From positions 1-64,000 of the IMG/VR virus record IMGVR_UViG_3300023105_001349: 64,000 bases of DNA. The stretch is one strand, 5' to 3'. The position numbers and the translations under genes are program-made. Under the pieces are notes generated by a model, which was not told the DNA's origin, searched no databases, and was given only the letters and a program-made list of their open reading frames with translations. This stretch comes from a virus (Duplodnaviria; Caudoviricetes). This document shows positions 48,336-57,542 of this stretch, one piece after another. Numbering within the stretch: the first letter of the stretch is position 1; each line of letters starts with the position of its first letter.

Positions 48336-49736
48336 ATGACAAAGAAAGTATCAGATACCTGGTGTATCCTTCCTTGGGTGCATCTTAGCACAAGACCAGA
48401 TGGAAGTATGCGTGTATGTTGTACTGCAAATGCAAGCAGTGTAGGACCTACAAATGATAAAGTACACGGAGGTCAAGTTGGTATTCTTAAAACTGAAGAT
48501 GGTAAACCTAACAATTTAAATGTAAGTGATTTTGAAACTGCATGGAATAGCACTTATATGAAGAATGTAAGGTTACAAATGCTAAACGGAGAAATACCTC
48601 CTAGTTGCGTTAAATGTTTTAAAGAAGAAGCAGCAGGACATAATTCAAAACGTATGTGGGAAACTGCATATTGGAGTGAGCGTGTAGATGTAGATAATCT
48701 TATTGCTAGTACAAAAGAGGACGGCAGTGTGCCTCCACAATTAGCATATATCGATTTACGTTTTGGAACCAAGTGTCAACTTGCTTGTGTCATGTGTTCA
48801 CCGCACGATAGCTCAGGCTGGGTTAAAGATTGGAAAGCAATATTTCCAGCAGTTGAAAATGCTAGTCTTAAAGAAACTATGCAATGGAAGGATAAAGGCA
48901 GTTATAACGGTAGTAGTTATAATTGGCATAAACAAAATCCTACTTTTTGGAAACAGTTCTATGAGCAAATGCCAAATATGCAACAGATATATTTTGCCGG
49001 CGGAGAAAGTTTAATTATAGAGGAACATTATGAAATACTTGAAGAAGCGATCCGTCAAGGTGTTGCAAAGGACTTGGAACTTCGATATAACAGTAACGGG
49101 GTTGAATGGAGAGACGATTTATTTGATCTGTGGAAAGAGTTTAAACTTGTAAGATTTCATTATAGTGTTGATAGCATACACGAAATGAATGATTATATTC
49201 GTTATCCGAGCAAATGGAAACGTACTGAAGAAGTATTCCACATACTTGATAATGAAACACCTAGCAATACAGAAGTTACAGTTGCTTGTGCAGTACAAGC
49301 ATTAAACATCTATTATATTCCAGACTTTATCAAATGGAAACTTACACAAAATTTTAAAAAGATTAATATGTGGCCGTTTGGAGCAGGAGGTGTAAACTAT
49401 CATTTTGTTTATCATCCACCGCATTTGAACGTAAAGGTATTGCCAGATTGGTTTAAAGCAGAAGTGCGTAAAAAGTACGAAGAATTTTATCCATGGTGGG
49501 AAGAGAACTGGGAGTTAGGTGTTCCTAGTTGGCATAAAGGCAAGGTTACTAAAGAACAATTTATGGAAGCAGGTTATGGTATTAAACGTTTAAAAGGTAT
49601 GTTATCATTTATGGAAAGTGAAGACTGGAGTAGACGCTTGCCTGAAATGCAAGAATTTTTAAATCGTTGCGATGCACAGCGTGGTATTAGTTTTACAGAA
49701 GTATTTCCTGAAATGAAGGAGATATTTACAAAATGA
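48336..49736 (+). CDS. N-terminal-twitch radical SAM enzyme
   Basis: N-terminal CILPWVHL...RVCC...CVKC; CQLACVMC; YFAGGE; NSNG; SVD. Confidence 0.9.
   Translation: MTKKVSDTWCILPWVHLSTRPDGSMRVCCTANASSVGPTNDKVHGGQVGILKTEDGKPNNLNVSDFETAWNSTYMKNVRLQMLNGEIPPSCVKCFKEEAAGHNSKRMWETAYWSERVDVDNLIASTKEDGSVPPQLAYIDLRFGTKCQLACVMCSPHDSSGWVKDWKAIFPAVENASLKETMQWKDKGSYNGSSYNWHKQNPTFWKQFYEQMPNMQQIYFAGGESLIIEEHYEILEEAIRQGVAKDLELRYNSNGVEWRDDLFDLWKEFKLVRFHYSVDSIHEMNDYIRYPSKWKRTEEVFHILDNETPSNTEVTVACAVQALNIYYIPDFIKWKLTQNFKKINMWPFGAGGVNYHFVYHPPHLNVKVLPDWFKAEVRKKYEEFYPWWEENWELGVPSWHKGKVTKEQFMEAGYGIKRLKGMLSFMESEDWSRRLPEMQEFLNRCDAQRGISFTEVFPEMKEIFTK
49030..49152 (+). CDS. Candidate nested 40-aa basic peptide (+1 frame)
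   Basis: GAGGA 49020-49024, ATG 5 nt later; MKYLKKRSVKVLQRTWNFDITVTGLNGETIYLICGKSLNL. Confidence 0.25.
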   Translation: MKYLKKRSVKVLQRTWNFDITVTGLNGETIYLICGKSLNL

Positions 49737-51040
49737 GTCTACCATGTTACTATGCACTAGGTGGCGTAAACTTTAAAAACGGGTTTGTTACTAGTTGTCC
49801 ACAGCAAAGTGATCAATTACAAATCCTTTCTGACGATTACTTGCCTAGTAAGTTTTTTAATAACGAAAACTTTAAAAAGCATAGATTAGACTTATTAAAT
49901 GGTAAATGGCCTAAAGGATGCGACATTTGTCAACACGTTGAAGAACGTAAAGCAGGCAAGAGTATGCGTCAAGAAGAACCTGTAACATTAGATAATGTAA
50001 ATGTTACTACTGGAGAAGTAGACTTTGCAGGACTAAAAACTGCGGAAATACGTTTTAGTCATAGTTGTAATATGAGTTGTTTGCATTGTAGTCAAGTATA
50101 TAGCAGTGGATGGATGCAAAAACTAAAAAAGTATATACCTGATCAGGAAGATAAAGAACTTAAACTAATACAGTTAACAGGTGAAATGCATCGTGCATCG
50201 GAAGATGATGATTTAACAATGCAAATTCCTACTAAACAAGCATTAGAAATTGTAGACGATTTAAATAAAAACTTTCCTAATTTAGAGCGTGTAGACTTTG
50301 CAGGCGGCGAAGTATTGTATCAAAAACAATTCTTTCCTACATTAGAAAAGTTAGCAGAACATCCTAATGCAAGTAATATGCTTATCATGTTTCATAGTAA
50401 CTTTAATGCAGATTTTAATCCAGTAACACTATCAGACTTGCTTATTAAGTTTAAAAAATCTGTTATTCATGTTAGTGTTGACAGCGGTCCTACATTATAT
50501 CCGTATTTTAGACAAGGTGATTGGAACAAACTAAAAAGTAATATTGCTAAATTTAGAGAAGTAAACAAAAATAAAAGCGAATTAAATTTAGTTTGTACTA
50601 CAGGAACATATCAAATAATGGAAATTAAAGATGTGTTTGAAGGCTTTTTAAGTTTAGATTGTAATTATATTGATAGTAGTATTATCTACACACCTACATA
50701 TCTAAACCCTGCACTAATGATGCAACACTTTGGAACCAAAGTTTTAGAAGATATTGCTGAAACTGAAAATATGATTTTTAGAGTAAACAAACAACGACTT
50801 GATAATATTGACGAAGCAAGACATCTGCATAGTTTCAATAGAGGAACTTGGACAGATATAGAAGGTGCCCATAGGGCATTAAAGAACATTAAGGACTATA
50901 TTACAAATAACAAAACAAGTTCTAAAGATTGGAATGCTTTTAAAGCATATATTAGAAAAACTGATAATATATGGAATCAAGATTTTAATAGTCATGTAAC
51001 AAACTATAAGTTTGACGGAGAGAACATTGTACGAAACTAA
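49733..51040 (+). CDS. N-terminal-twitch radical SAM enzyme
   Basis: N-terminal CYY...SC...CDIC; CNMSCLHC; DFAGGE; HSN; VSVD. Confidence 0.88.
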   Translation: MSLPCYYALGGVNFKNGFVTSCPQQSDQLQILSDDYLPSKFFNNENFKKHRLDLLNGKWPKGCDICQHVEERKAGKSMRQEEPVTLDNVNVTTGEVDFAGLKTAEIRFSHSCNMSCLHCSQVYSSGWMQKLKKYIPDQEDKELKLIQLTGEMHRASEDDDLTMQIPTKQALEIVDDLNKNFPNLERVDFAGGEVLYQKQFFPTLEKLAEHPNASNMLIMFHSNFNADFNPVTLSDLLIKFKKSVIHVSVDSGPTLYPYFRQGDWNKLKSNIAKFREVNKNKSELNLVCTTGTYQIMEIKDVFEGFLSLDCNYIDSSIIYTPTYLNPALMMQHFGTKVLEDIAETENMIFRVNKQRLDNIDEARHLHSFNRGTWTDIEGAHRALKNIKDYITNNKTSSKDWNAFKAYIRKTDNIWNQDFNSHVTNYKFDGENIVRN

Positions 51041-51845
51041 TAACAAACTTTATAAGACATTAGATGAGTCTTTAATAACAGAAACGTTTAGTCACTTAGA
51101 CATTGTGTTTGATCCTAAATGGAAACGTATAGGAGTAAATTTAAGCGGCGGAGCAGATAGTGCATTACTTACATATTTGCTTTGTACTATTATTACCAAA
51201 CATTCATTAGATACTAAGATTGATGTTATAACTTATCAACGTTGTTGGGAAACAAGACCGTGGCAAGGATATATAAGCATACAAGTTTTTAATAAAATCA
51301 AAGACATGTTTCCTAATATTATTAGTAATAGAATTACTACATTTATTCCTCCTGAACTTGAACACGGAGTAATTGGTCCTATTGTTAATGGTCGTAGCGG
51401 AGATCAAATTATAGTTGGTAGTTTTAATAAATTTGCATTATGGCATTATAATTTAGATGCAGTGTTTAATGCTACTAGTAAAAATCCTGATAGTAGTCGC
51501 AGCGATAGAATGACTAATAGAGATAAAGATGCAGAAGATGGAACACAGGAAGATTTATGGGTAGAACGTAAAGGACGAGTGCAAGCACACCCTTTCCGTT
51601 TTGTAAAAAAAGATTGGATTGTGGCACAATACTTTCTTTACAATATTGAAGATTTATATTATACTACACGTAGTTGTGAAGGTGATATTTCACAACATAA
51701 CATTATTCATGAAGTTTGCGATCATTATACAAAGTATACAGACGGAATGGACATTCCAGAGTGTGGTCAGTGCTGGTGGTGCGAAGAACGTAAATGGGCA
51801 GAATCAAGACTAGACGAAATGAAACAGGAAATTAACAATGGCTGA
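51027..51845 (+). CDS. QueC-like PP-loop ATPase (likely TTG start 51027; track start 51012)
   Basis: NLSGGADSA PP-loop; C-terminal TRSC...CGQCWWCEER Cys cluster; GGAG SD at 51017-51020. Confidence 0.75.
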   Translation: MYETNNKLYKTLDESLITETFSHLDIVFDPKWKRIGVNLSGGADSALLTYLLCTIITKHSLDTKIDVITYQRCWETRPWQGYISIQVFNKIKDMFPNIISNRITTFIPPELEHGVIGPIVNGRSGDQIIVGSFNKFALWHYNLDAVFNATSKNPDSSRSDRMTNRDKDAEDGTQEDLWVERKGRVQAHPFRFVKKDWIVAQYFLYNIEDLYYTTRSCEGDISQHNIIHEVCDHYTKYTDGMDIPECGQCWWCEERKWAESRLDEMKQEINNG

Positions 51846-53157
51846 TACTTATTGCCCTATACCTTGGATATTTCAAGCAGCAAGAGCAAACGGAGATATG
51901 CGTGTTTGTTGTCAAGCCAACGTGACTAAAAACAGAGGTGTAATTAGACATAAAGACGGAACAGCATATAATGCCGGAGTTGACAATTTAGACAAAGCAC
52001 GTAATGCTAAACTAATGACTGACATGCGTCTTAATATGCTTAATGGTGTATGGAACGAGGAGTGCGGACGTTGTCGCAACGAAGAAGCCGCAGGATTAAA
52101 CAGTAGACGACAATACGAGCAACAGCAGTGGAGTTACACTATAGACAATGCTCGTAACGATACTAACTTAGATGGCACAATAGATGTTGAACAAGTTCCT
52201 GTAAAATATTTTGATTTAAGATTTGGAAATTTTTGTAATTTAAAATGTCGTATGTGTGGACCAACAGATAGCAATGCATGGTATGACGACTGGATTAAAT
52301 TGACAGGAAGTAATGCGTTTAAAGAAACAAGTGGTGATATTATTATTAAAGAAGTGGGTGGCAAATTATGCACTAGCGAGTATGATTGGCCTAATCACGA
52401 ACCTTTCTGGGAATACTTAGAAAAGAATGCTAATAGTATTCAGCATGTTTATTTTGCAGGCGGCGAGCCAATGTTAATAGATCGTCATTATGACTTTTTA
52501 GAACGTTGTATTGAAAACGGTAGTGCAAAACACATGATTGTAGAATATAATACAAACATGAGTACACTTCCTCCTAGGGTTGCAAAACTTTGGGAACAGT
52601 TTAAACAAGTGCGAGTAGGAGCAAGTATTGACGGTTATGGTAAAGTATTAGAATATCAACGTCATCCTGCCAAGTGGGATAAACTATTGCGTAACTTAAC
52701 AACATTAGATTCAATGCCTAAAAACATTGCTGCTTGGTTAGCATTTACTGTAACAGCATACAACGTAAATCATATGATTGATTTTATGAAATGGAAATTA
52801 ACAGAAAGCGGATTTAAAAAGATCAATAGCACAATACGTAGGCCAATTATTACACACCATGTAGCACACCATCCGCAACATTTAAATATAAGAGTACTGC
52901 CAGTTAAAATGAAAGAGGAAATTACTAAAAAGTTCCAAGATTTTATTTTATGGACAGAAAAACAAGAGTTTGATTTACACGTAATTAATAATGCTAGAGA
53001 TATTGCTACTGGAGTTTGTAAGTATATGAACAGTGAGAGTTATTATGATACTCACTGGGAAGAATTTAAAAATTATACAAAAAAATTAGACTTAATTCGA
53101 TCTGAGAATTTATTAGATGTAGAACCAATGTTTAAGGATTATATAGATGAGCTTTGA
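51838..53157 (+). CDS. N-terminal-twitch radical SAM enzyme
   Basis: CPIPW...RVCC...CGRC; CNLKCRMC; YFAGGEP; NTN; ASIDG. Confidence 0.9.
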   Translation: MADTYCPIPWIFQAARANGDMRVCCQANVTKNRGVIRHKDGTAYNAGVDNLDKARNAKLMTDMRLNMLNGVWNEECGRCRNEEAAGLNSRRQYEQQQWSYTIDNARNDTNLDGTIDVEQVPVKYFDLRFGNFCNLKCRMCGPTDSNAWYDDWIKLTGSNAFKETSGDIIIKEVGGKLCTSEYDWPNHEPFWEYLEKNANSIQHVYFAGGEPMLIDRHYDFLERCIENGSAKHMIVEYNTNMSTLPPRVAKLWEQFKQVRVGASIDGYGKVLEYQRHPAKWDKLLRNLTTLDSMPKNIAAWLAFTVTAYNVNHMIDFMKWKLTESGFKKINSTIRRPIITHHVAHHPQHLNIRVLPVKMKEEITKKFQDFILWTEKQEFDLHVINNARDIATGVCKYMNSESYYDTHWEEFKNYTKKLDLIRSENLLDVEPMFKDYIDEL

Positions 53158-54313
53158 TACTATTGATTTATTAACCGGTAAAGTATTTCAAGTTACTTGG
53201 GATACTGGTAGACGTTGTAATTATGACTGTTCATACTGTCCTGCACATAGACATGACAATTTTAGTAAACATGCTACATTAGATGAATTAAAAGCAAATA
53301 CAGATTTCTTATTTGAATATATTGATACGTATATGCAGTATAGAGATTTTAAGGTTGCTAATATAGGATTTACAGGCGGTGAGCCTACAGTAAACCCAAA
53401 TTTTATTCCTTTTATACAATATTTAAAAAGTCAGTATGAAGGAAAGTATGCCAATAAATGGCAGGCAGGATTTGCTCTTACAACTAACGGTGCAATGGGT
53501 CAAAAGATGGCACAAGCAGTTATGGAGAACTTTGGTCATGCTACTGTAAGTTACCATGCTGAAAGTGATGACAAATTAAAACAACAAGTGCGAGATAGAA
53601 TTAAACAGTTTTATACAGAAGGTCCTAAGCATAACTTTACAGTAAGTGTTAATGTAATGTTCCATGCAGGTTATTTTGACGAATGTAAAGACTTGTGTGA
53701 TTACCTAGACGAAATAGGTGTTAGTTATGTTCCCCGTGTTATTGGTGAAGAACCTAATAGTCGAAGTAATTTTGCTCATACATATACTGACGAACAATTA
53801 GATTATATTAAAAATTATTGGACATATAAAAACGAAAAGTTAAATGACTCAAAAGAAGAAACTGCTGTATTAAGTGCTGCTGGCGAAAAAACAACTGAGA
53901 AGAAAAAATTAGGATTAACATTAGGACGTCCTTGTTGTGGAAGTCGCGAAATGTGTCTAAGCAACAATGGAGAAAGTCGTAAAGCAACGTTTGTTGATAT
54001 GAGAGAATTTAAAGGTTGGCATTGTAGTGTTAACTGGTTCTTCCTACATTTAGAACAGCAAACAGACAGTGTATTTCATCACCAAACTTGTCAAGCAAAG
54101 TTTGATCAAACAAGAGGACCTATTGGTAAAATTAGTGAAGGTAAGAAATTAATTGCCGACTTAAAACAAAAATTAGAAAGCGGCACAATGCCTACAGTAA
54201 TTTGTCCTAAGCAAACATGTGGCTGCGGATTATGTGCTCCTAAGAGTTTGTTTAAAGAAAATTATAAAAGTGTATTAGAGAATCATATAGACATTAAGGT
54301 GTTGGCTGAATGA
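53147..54313 (+). CDS. Radical SAM enzyme with C-terminal Cys cluster
   Basis: WDTGRRCNYDCSYC; FTGGEPT; TTNG; GWHC...TC...CPKQTCGCGLC. Confidence 0.9.
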   Translation: MSFDTIDLLTGKVFQVTWDTGRRCNYDCSYCPAHRHDNFSKHATLDELKANTDFLFEYIDTYMQYRDFKVANIGFTGGEPTVNPNFIPFIQYLKSQYEGKYANKWQAGFALTTNGAMGQKMAQAVMENFGHATVSYHAESDDKLKQQVRDRIKQFYTEGPKHNFTVSVNVMFHAGYFDECKDLCDYLDEIGVSYVPRVIGEEPNSRSNFAHTYTDEQLDYIKNYWTYKNEKLNDSKEETAVLSAAGEKTTEKKKLGLTLGRPCCGSREMCLSNNGESRKATFVDMREFKGWHCSVNWFFLHLEQQTDSVFHHQTCQAKFDQTRGPIGKISEGKKLIADLKQKLESGTMPTVICPKQTCGCGLCAPKSLFKENYKSVLENHIDIKVLAE

Positions 54314-54981
54314 TAATAGACTTTAATATTACTAACTATTGTAATGCAAAATGTCCTACTTGTAAAAGATTTGATGCAGTAAACTATTTAGAAGTTGATA
54401 AAAATCTAGATGTTAGTCATATGGAATATAAAAAATTTGAAGAAGTTGTTAAGAAAAATAAAAAATTCTTTGAATATAAAACTTGTTATTTTTGTGGCGA
54501 GTTTGGCGATCCATTAATGCATCCTCAGATAAAAGATTTTGCAGAACTTGCTGCTGATCATTTTGCTTCGCTTACTGTGTATACAAACGGCGGGTTAAAA
54601 CGAGATGAATTTTTTAAGTATGTAGCAGAAACAAAAAATAAAATTAGTGTTAGGTTTGGTATTGACGGATTAACACACGAAATTAATAATTTATATAGAA
54701 TAAATGTTAAAACTGATCTGGCATATGAAAACATGTTTATGTTAGCCAAGCATGGTAAAGCAAGATGGGACTATACAATTTTTGAACATAATAAACATGA
54801 AGTAGAAGATGTAGTAAAACTTGCATTAGAAAAAAATATAAAACTTATGATACGTTGTAATCTTCGTCCTAGTAAGTTTGGTATTAATAGAATTACTAAA
54901 GACGATTATGAAAAATTTATACAAATAGCAAAAAAATACGAAAAAGAAGATATTGAATTTGATAAGTTTTGGATAAACTAA
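54310..54981 (+). CDS. Radical SAM core domain only (no SPASM)
   Basis: CNAKCPTC, CGEFGDP, TNGG, FGIDG; ends where paralogues continue into SPASM. Confidence 0.85.
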   Translation: MIIDFNITNYCNAKCPTCKRFDAVNYLEVDKNLDVSHMEYKKFEEVVKKNKKFFEYKTCYFCGEFGDPLMHPQIKDFAELAADHFASLTVYTNGGLKRDEFFKYVAETKNKISVRFGIDGLTHEINNLYRINVKTDLAYENMFMLAKHGKARWDYTIFEHNKHEVEDVVKLALEKNIKLMIRCNLRPSKFGINRITKDDYEKFIQIAKKYEKEDIEFDKFWIN

Positions 54982-54982
54982 A

Positions 54983-55306
54983 ATGCAAAAAGTAAGATGT
55001 GCAGCATATGATTATAATTTAAAAAAGTGGGACGAGCTTGATGTGTCTGCTCATCTTAAAGTATATCCGTGTTGTGCATATCAAGGATATTATGAACTAA
55101 ATGAATGGGATGACAAGCGTTTTAAAAAACTTCCTGTACACTGGAATGATCTAACACAACATAGCATGGAAGAAATTAAGGCCACTATGGAAACTATTCT
55201 AAATGTTAAAAACTTTGAGTCAGGTAAAGCGCCAAACAGATGTAAACTTATTTGCGGCATTGGAAATGATGAAAGACATACTCCGGGAAGGGATCATAAA
55301 TTATAA
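54983..55306 (+). CDS. Stand-alone SPASM/twitch iron-sulfur domain
   Basis: RC...DVSAHLKVYPCC...RCKLIC aligns with C-termini of 46189 and 47271 products. Confidence 0.7.
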   Translation: MQKVRCAAYDYNLKKWDELDVSAHLKVYPCCAYQGYYELNEWDDKRFKKLPVHWNDLTQHSMEEIKATMETILNVKNFESGKAPNRCKLICGIGNDERHTPGRDHKL

Positions 55307-56421
55307 TGACTAAACGAAAACACAGTTGCGATCTTCCATTTCATCATATAGCAACACGACCAGACGGTCGTGTGTTTCCGTGTTGTTATTTTAGATGGGA
55401 AGAAACTCCTACAGACTTAACTGTTGATCACAAAGATCCTTTTAATCATCCGTTTTTAGTTGACTTAAGAAATAAAATGCTTAATGACGAATATATTGAA
55501 GGTTGTAGTAGATGTTATAAAGACGAAGAAACAAGCGGACATAGTATGCGCCTTGATATGAATAGCGTAAAACACTTTGGATTTCCTGAAGACAGTCGCG
55601 GCAAAGTTCCTAAACTAACTAACATAGACTTAACATTTAGTAACGTTTGTAATAATAAGTGTAGAATGTGCGGACCAGAGCTTAGTACTAGTTGGTATAG
55701 TGATGCTAAAAAGTTAGGTATTAAGCATAGTGGTATTATTGCCAAAAATACAATATTAGATGATTATGATTTAAGTGAATTAAGATTTATAAAACTGTTA
55801 GGTGGCGAGCCACTAATGGAAGAAGCTAAATTAATTGACTTACTTAAAAAATGTAATCGCAAAGAACTTACACTGCTTTTAATAACAAACACTACAATAC
55901 GTCCAAAAGGAGAACTATACGAACTGTTAAAAGAAGTTAAAAATCTTAAAGTAGAACTTAGTATAGATAGTTACGGCCGGTTGAATGATTTCTTACGTAA
56001 AGGTAGTGATTGGGACGAAGTATGGGAGAATGTCTTTTGGTTTAAAGAACAAGGGGTTGAACCTAGTGTACATAGTGTTGCAAGTATATACAATGTTAAC
56101 AAAGTTCACGAACTAATTAGTTTTTGTAAAACTTTAGAACTAGATCACAAATATGTTATGTTAGATGGTCCTGATTGGATGATGCCAAGAAACTTACCTA
56201 ACTTTGCTAAAAAAGAATTAATCGAAGAATACAAAGATAAGAAAGCACCTATATACAAGTTAATTGTAGAAGAATTAAAACAAGAAGGTAATTTTAGAAA
56301 GTTTTTAGACATGGATAATAAACTTAATGAAATACGGAAAGAACATTGGGCGCCTCATAACGAATGGTTGCTTAAAGTCTTGACAACATACAATGAAGAT
56401 GTTATTATAAAATATGAATGA
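55306..56421 (+). CDS. N-terminal-twitch radical SAM enzyme
   Basis: CDLPF...PDGRVFPCC...CSRC; CNNKCRMC; LLGGEP; TNT; SID. Confidence 0.9.
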   Translation: MTKRKHSCDLPFHHIATRPDGRVFPCCYFRWEETPTDLTVDHKDPFNHPFLVDLRNKMLNDEYIEGCSRCYKDEETSGHSMRLDMNSVKHFGFPEDSRGKVPKLTNIDLTFSNVCNNKCRMCGPELSTSWYSDAKKLGIKHSGIIAKNTILDDYDLSELRFIKLLGGEPLMEEAKLIDLLKKCNRKELTLLLITNTTIRPKGELYELLKEVKNLKVELSIDSYGRLNDFLRKGSDWDEVWENVFWFKEQGVEPSVHSVASIYNVNKVHELISFCKTLELDHKYVMLDGPDWMMPRNLPNFAKKELIEEYKDKKAPIYKLIVEELKQEGNFRKFLDMDNKLNEIRKEHWAPHNEWLLKVLTTYNEDVIIKYE

Positions 56422-57538
56422 AGATTTAAAATGGAGCGAGTATGACTTCTCTAAAATACCATTTGACGACATTGTTGGTGTTGGTCAACGTACTTTGCTT
56501 TATCGTGATATATTTACTGTTAGTTGGTTACTGGGAAGATTCTGTAACTACAGATGCTCCTACTGCTGGCCTTACGCCCGATCCGATCGTAAAGACCACC
56601 GTCCTACCGAGCTCTGCTTGCTTACAGTGGATGAAATTAAACGTCAAGCCCGAGACAATGGCTTCAATTCTTTCCACTTCTCCTTGTCAGGAGGAGAGCC
56701 TACTTTCCATCCTGGATACTTGGACATACTAAAGCATCTAGCAGACGATGTAGCAAACACAAACTATACTAGCGTACATATGACTAGTAATTGTAGTAGG
56801 AATATGGACTGGTTTAAACAATATGTTGAAGCAGTAAAACCGTTTCATCGAGCCAGCATAACAGCAAGTTTACACACAGAACATGTAAATACTACTGAAA
56901 GGATGGAGGAGTTTGCTAACAAACTCATCCTATGTCAAGAAAATGATGTCCAAGTTACGATCAATATGGTCATGGTTCCAGAACAGTTTGAACGAGACTG
57001 GAGCAATGCCTTATTCTTCCATTCCAGAGGCATTAATGTCACTCTCAAGCCTCAGTCTGATCCAACAGCATCAAGAGTTGTTGAGGGATATACAGAAGAA
57101 ATGCTCCAAAGACTCCACAACGGAATGCCCCAAAGAGCATACACAGAAGTAAAGAGAATCTGGAATGATAGACCAAAACCACAATTTGCACTACCTAGTT
57201 ATATAGACGGTATTAATGATGCCAGTGTACCGTGGCATATGCAAGTTGAATTAAGAGATAAAAACGGTAAAAAATGGTATATGGATCAAGCAGAAAGATT
57301 TAATGCCTTTAATTTTAATAAGTTTAAAGGATGGCATTGCTCTGCTGGATACAGTGGAATCATTATACGAGAGCCTGATGGCAGTGTAAAACGTAGTTAT
57401 AGTTGCCACGATGTACCATTAGGAAATATAGAAACAGGTTTTAAATTATTTGATAGCCCTAAACCCTGTATTACAGAAAGTTGCGTAAGTAGCGCAGACT
57501 CAAAGATCCCTAAACGATTAATAGCATCAAGTAAATAA
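56414..57538 (+). CDS. Radical SAM enzyme with C-terminal Cys cluster
   Basis: WLLGRFCNYRCSYC; LSGGEPT; TSN; GWHC...YSC...CITESC; paralogue of 53147. Confidence 0.9.
   Translation: MNEDLKWSEYDFSKIPFDDIVGVGQRTLLYRDIFTVSWLLGRFCNYRCSYCWPYARSDRKDHRPTELCLLTVDEIKRQARDNGFNSFHFSLSGGEPTFHPGYLDILKHLADDVANTNYTSVHMTSNCSRNMDWFKQYVEAVKPFHRASITASLHTEHVNTTERMEEFANKLILCQENDVQVTINMVMVPEQFERDWSNALFFHSRGINVTLKPQSDPTASRVVEGYTEEMLQRLHNGMPQRAYTEVKRIWNDRPKPQFALPSYIDGINDASVPWHMQVELRDKNGKKWYMDQAERFNAFNFNKFKGWHCSAGYSGIIIREPDGSVKRSYSCHDVPLGNIETGFKLFDSPKPCITESCVSSADSKIPKRLIASSK
56442..56732 (+). CDS. Candidate nested 96-aa protein with N-terminal hydrophobic helix (+1 frame)
   Basis: GGAG 56433-56436, ATG 5 nt later; covers a patch of about 49% GC. 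Confidence 0.35.
   Translation: MTSLKYHLTTLLVLVNVLCFIVIYLLLVGYWEDSVTTDAPTAGLTPDPIVKTTVLPSSACLQWMKLNVKPETMASILSTSPCQEESLLSILDTWTY
56913..57152 (+). CDS. Candidate nested 79-aa protein (+1 frame)
   Basis: TTG start after AAGGATGGAGGAG; covers a patch of about 42% GC. Confidence 0.3.
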   Translation: MLTNSSYVKKMMSKLRSIWSWFQNSLNETGAMPYSSIPEALMSLSSLSLIQQHQELLRDIQKKCSKDSTTECPKEHTQK

Positions 57539-57542
57539 TACT

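Noticed and set aside
52040-52140. GC-rich patch in radical SAM gene 51838 as another nested gene
   Set aside because: Alternative frames give only 11-18 codon ORFs; Cys/Gly/Arg/Ala content explains the GC
54979-54985. Stop-codon reassignment as the cause of the split radical SAM gene
   Set aside because: The stop is TAA and the two ORFs are out of frame; all other genes, including a 16-kb ORF, read through in the standard code
56442-57152. Nested ORFs as an Rz/Rz1 spanin pair
   Set aside because: No lipobox or signal peptide in either, no periplasmic coiled coil, and no lysis genes nearby
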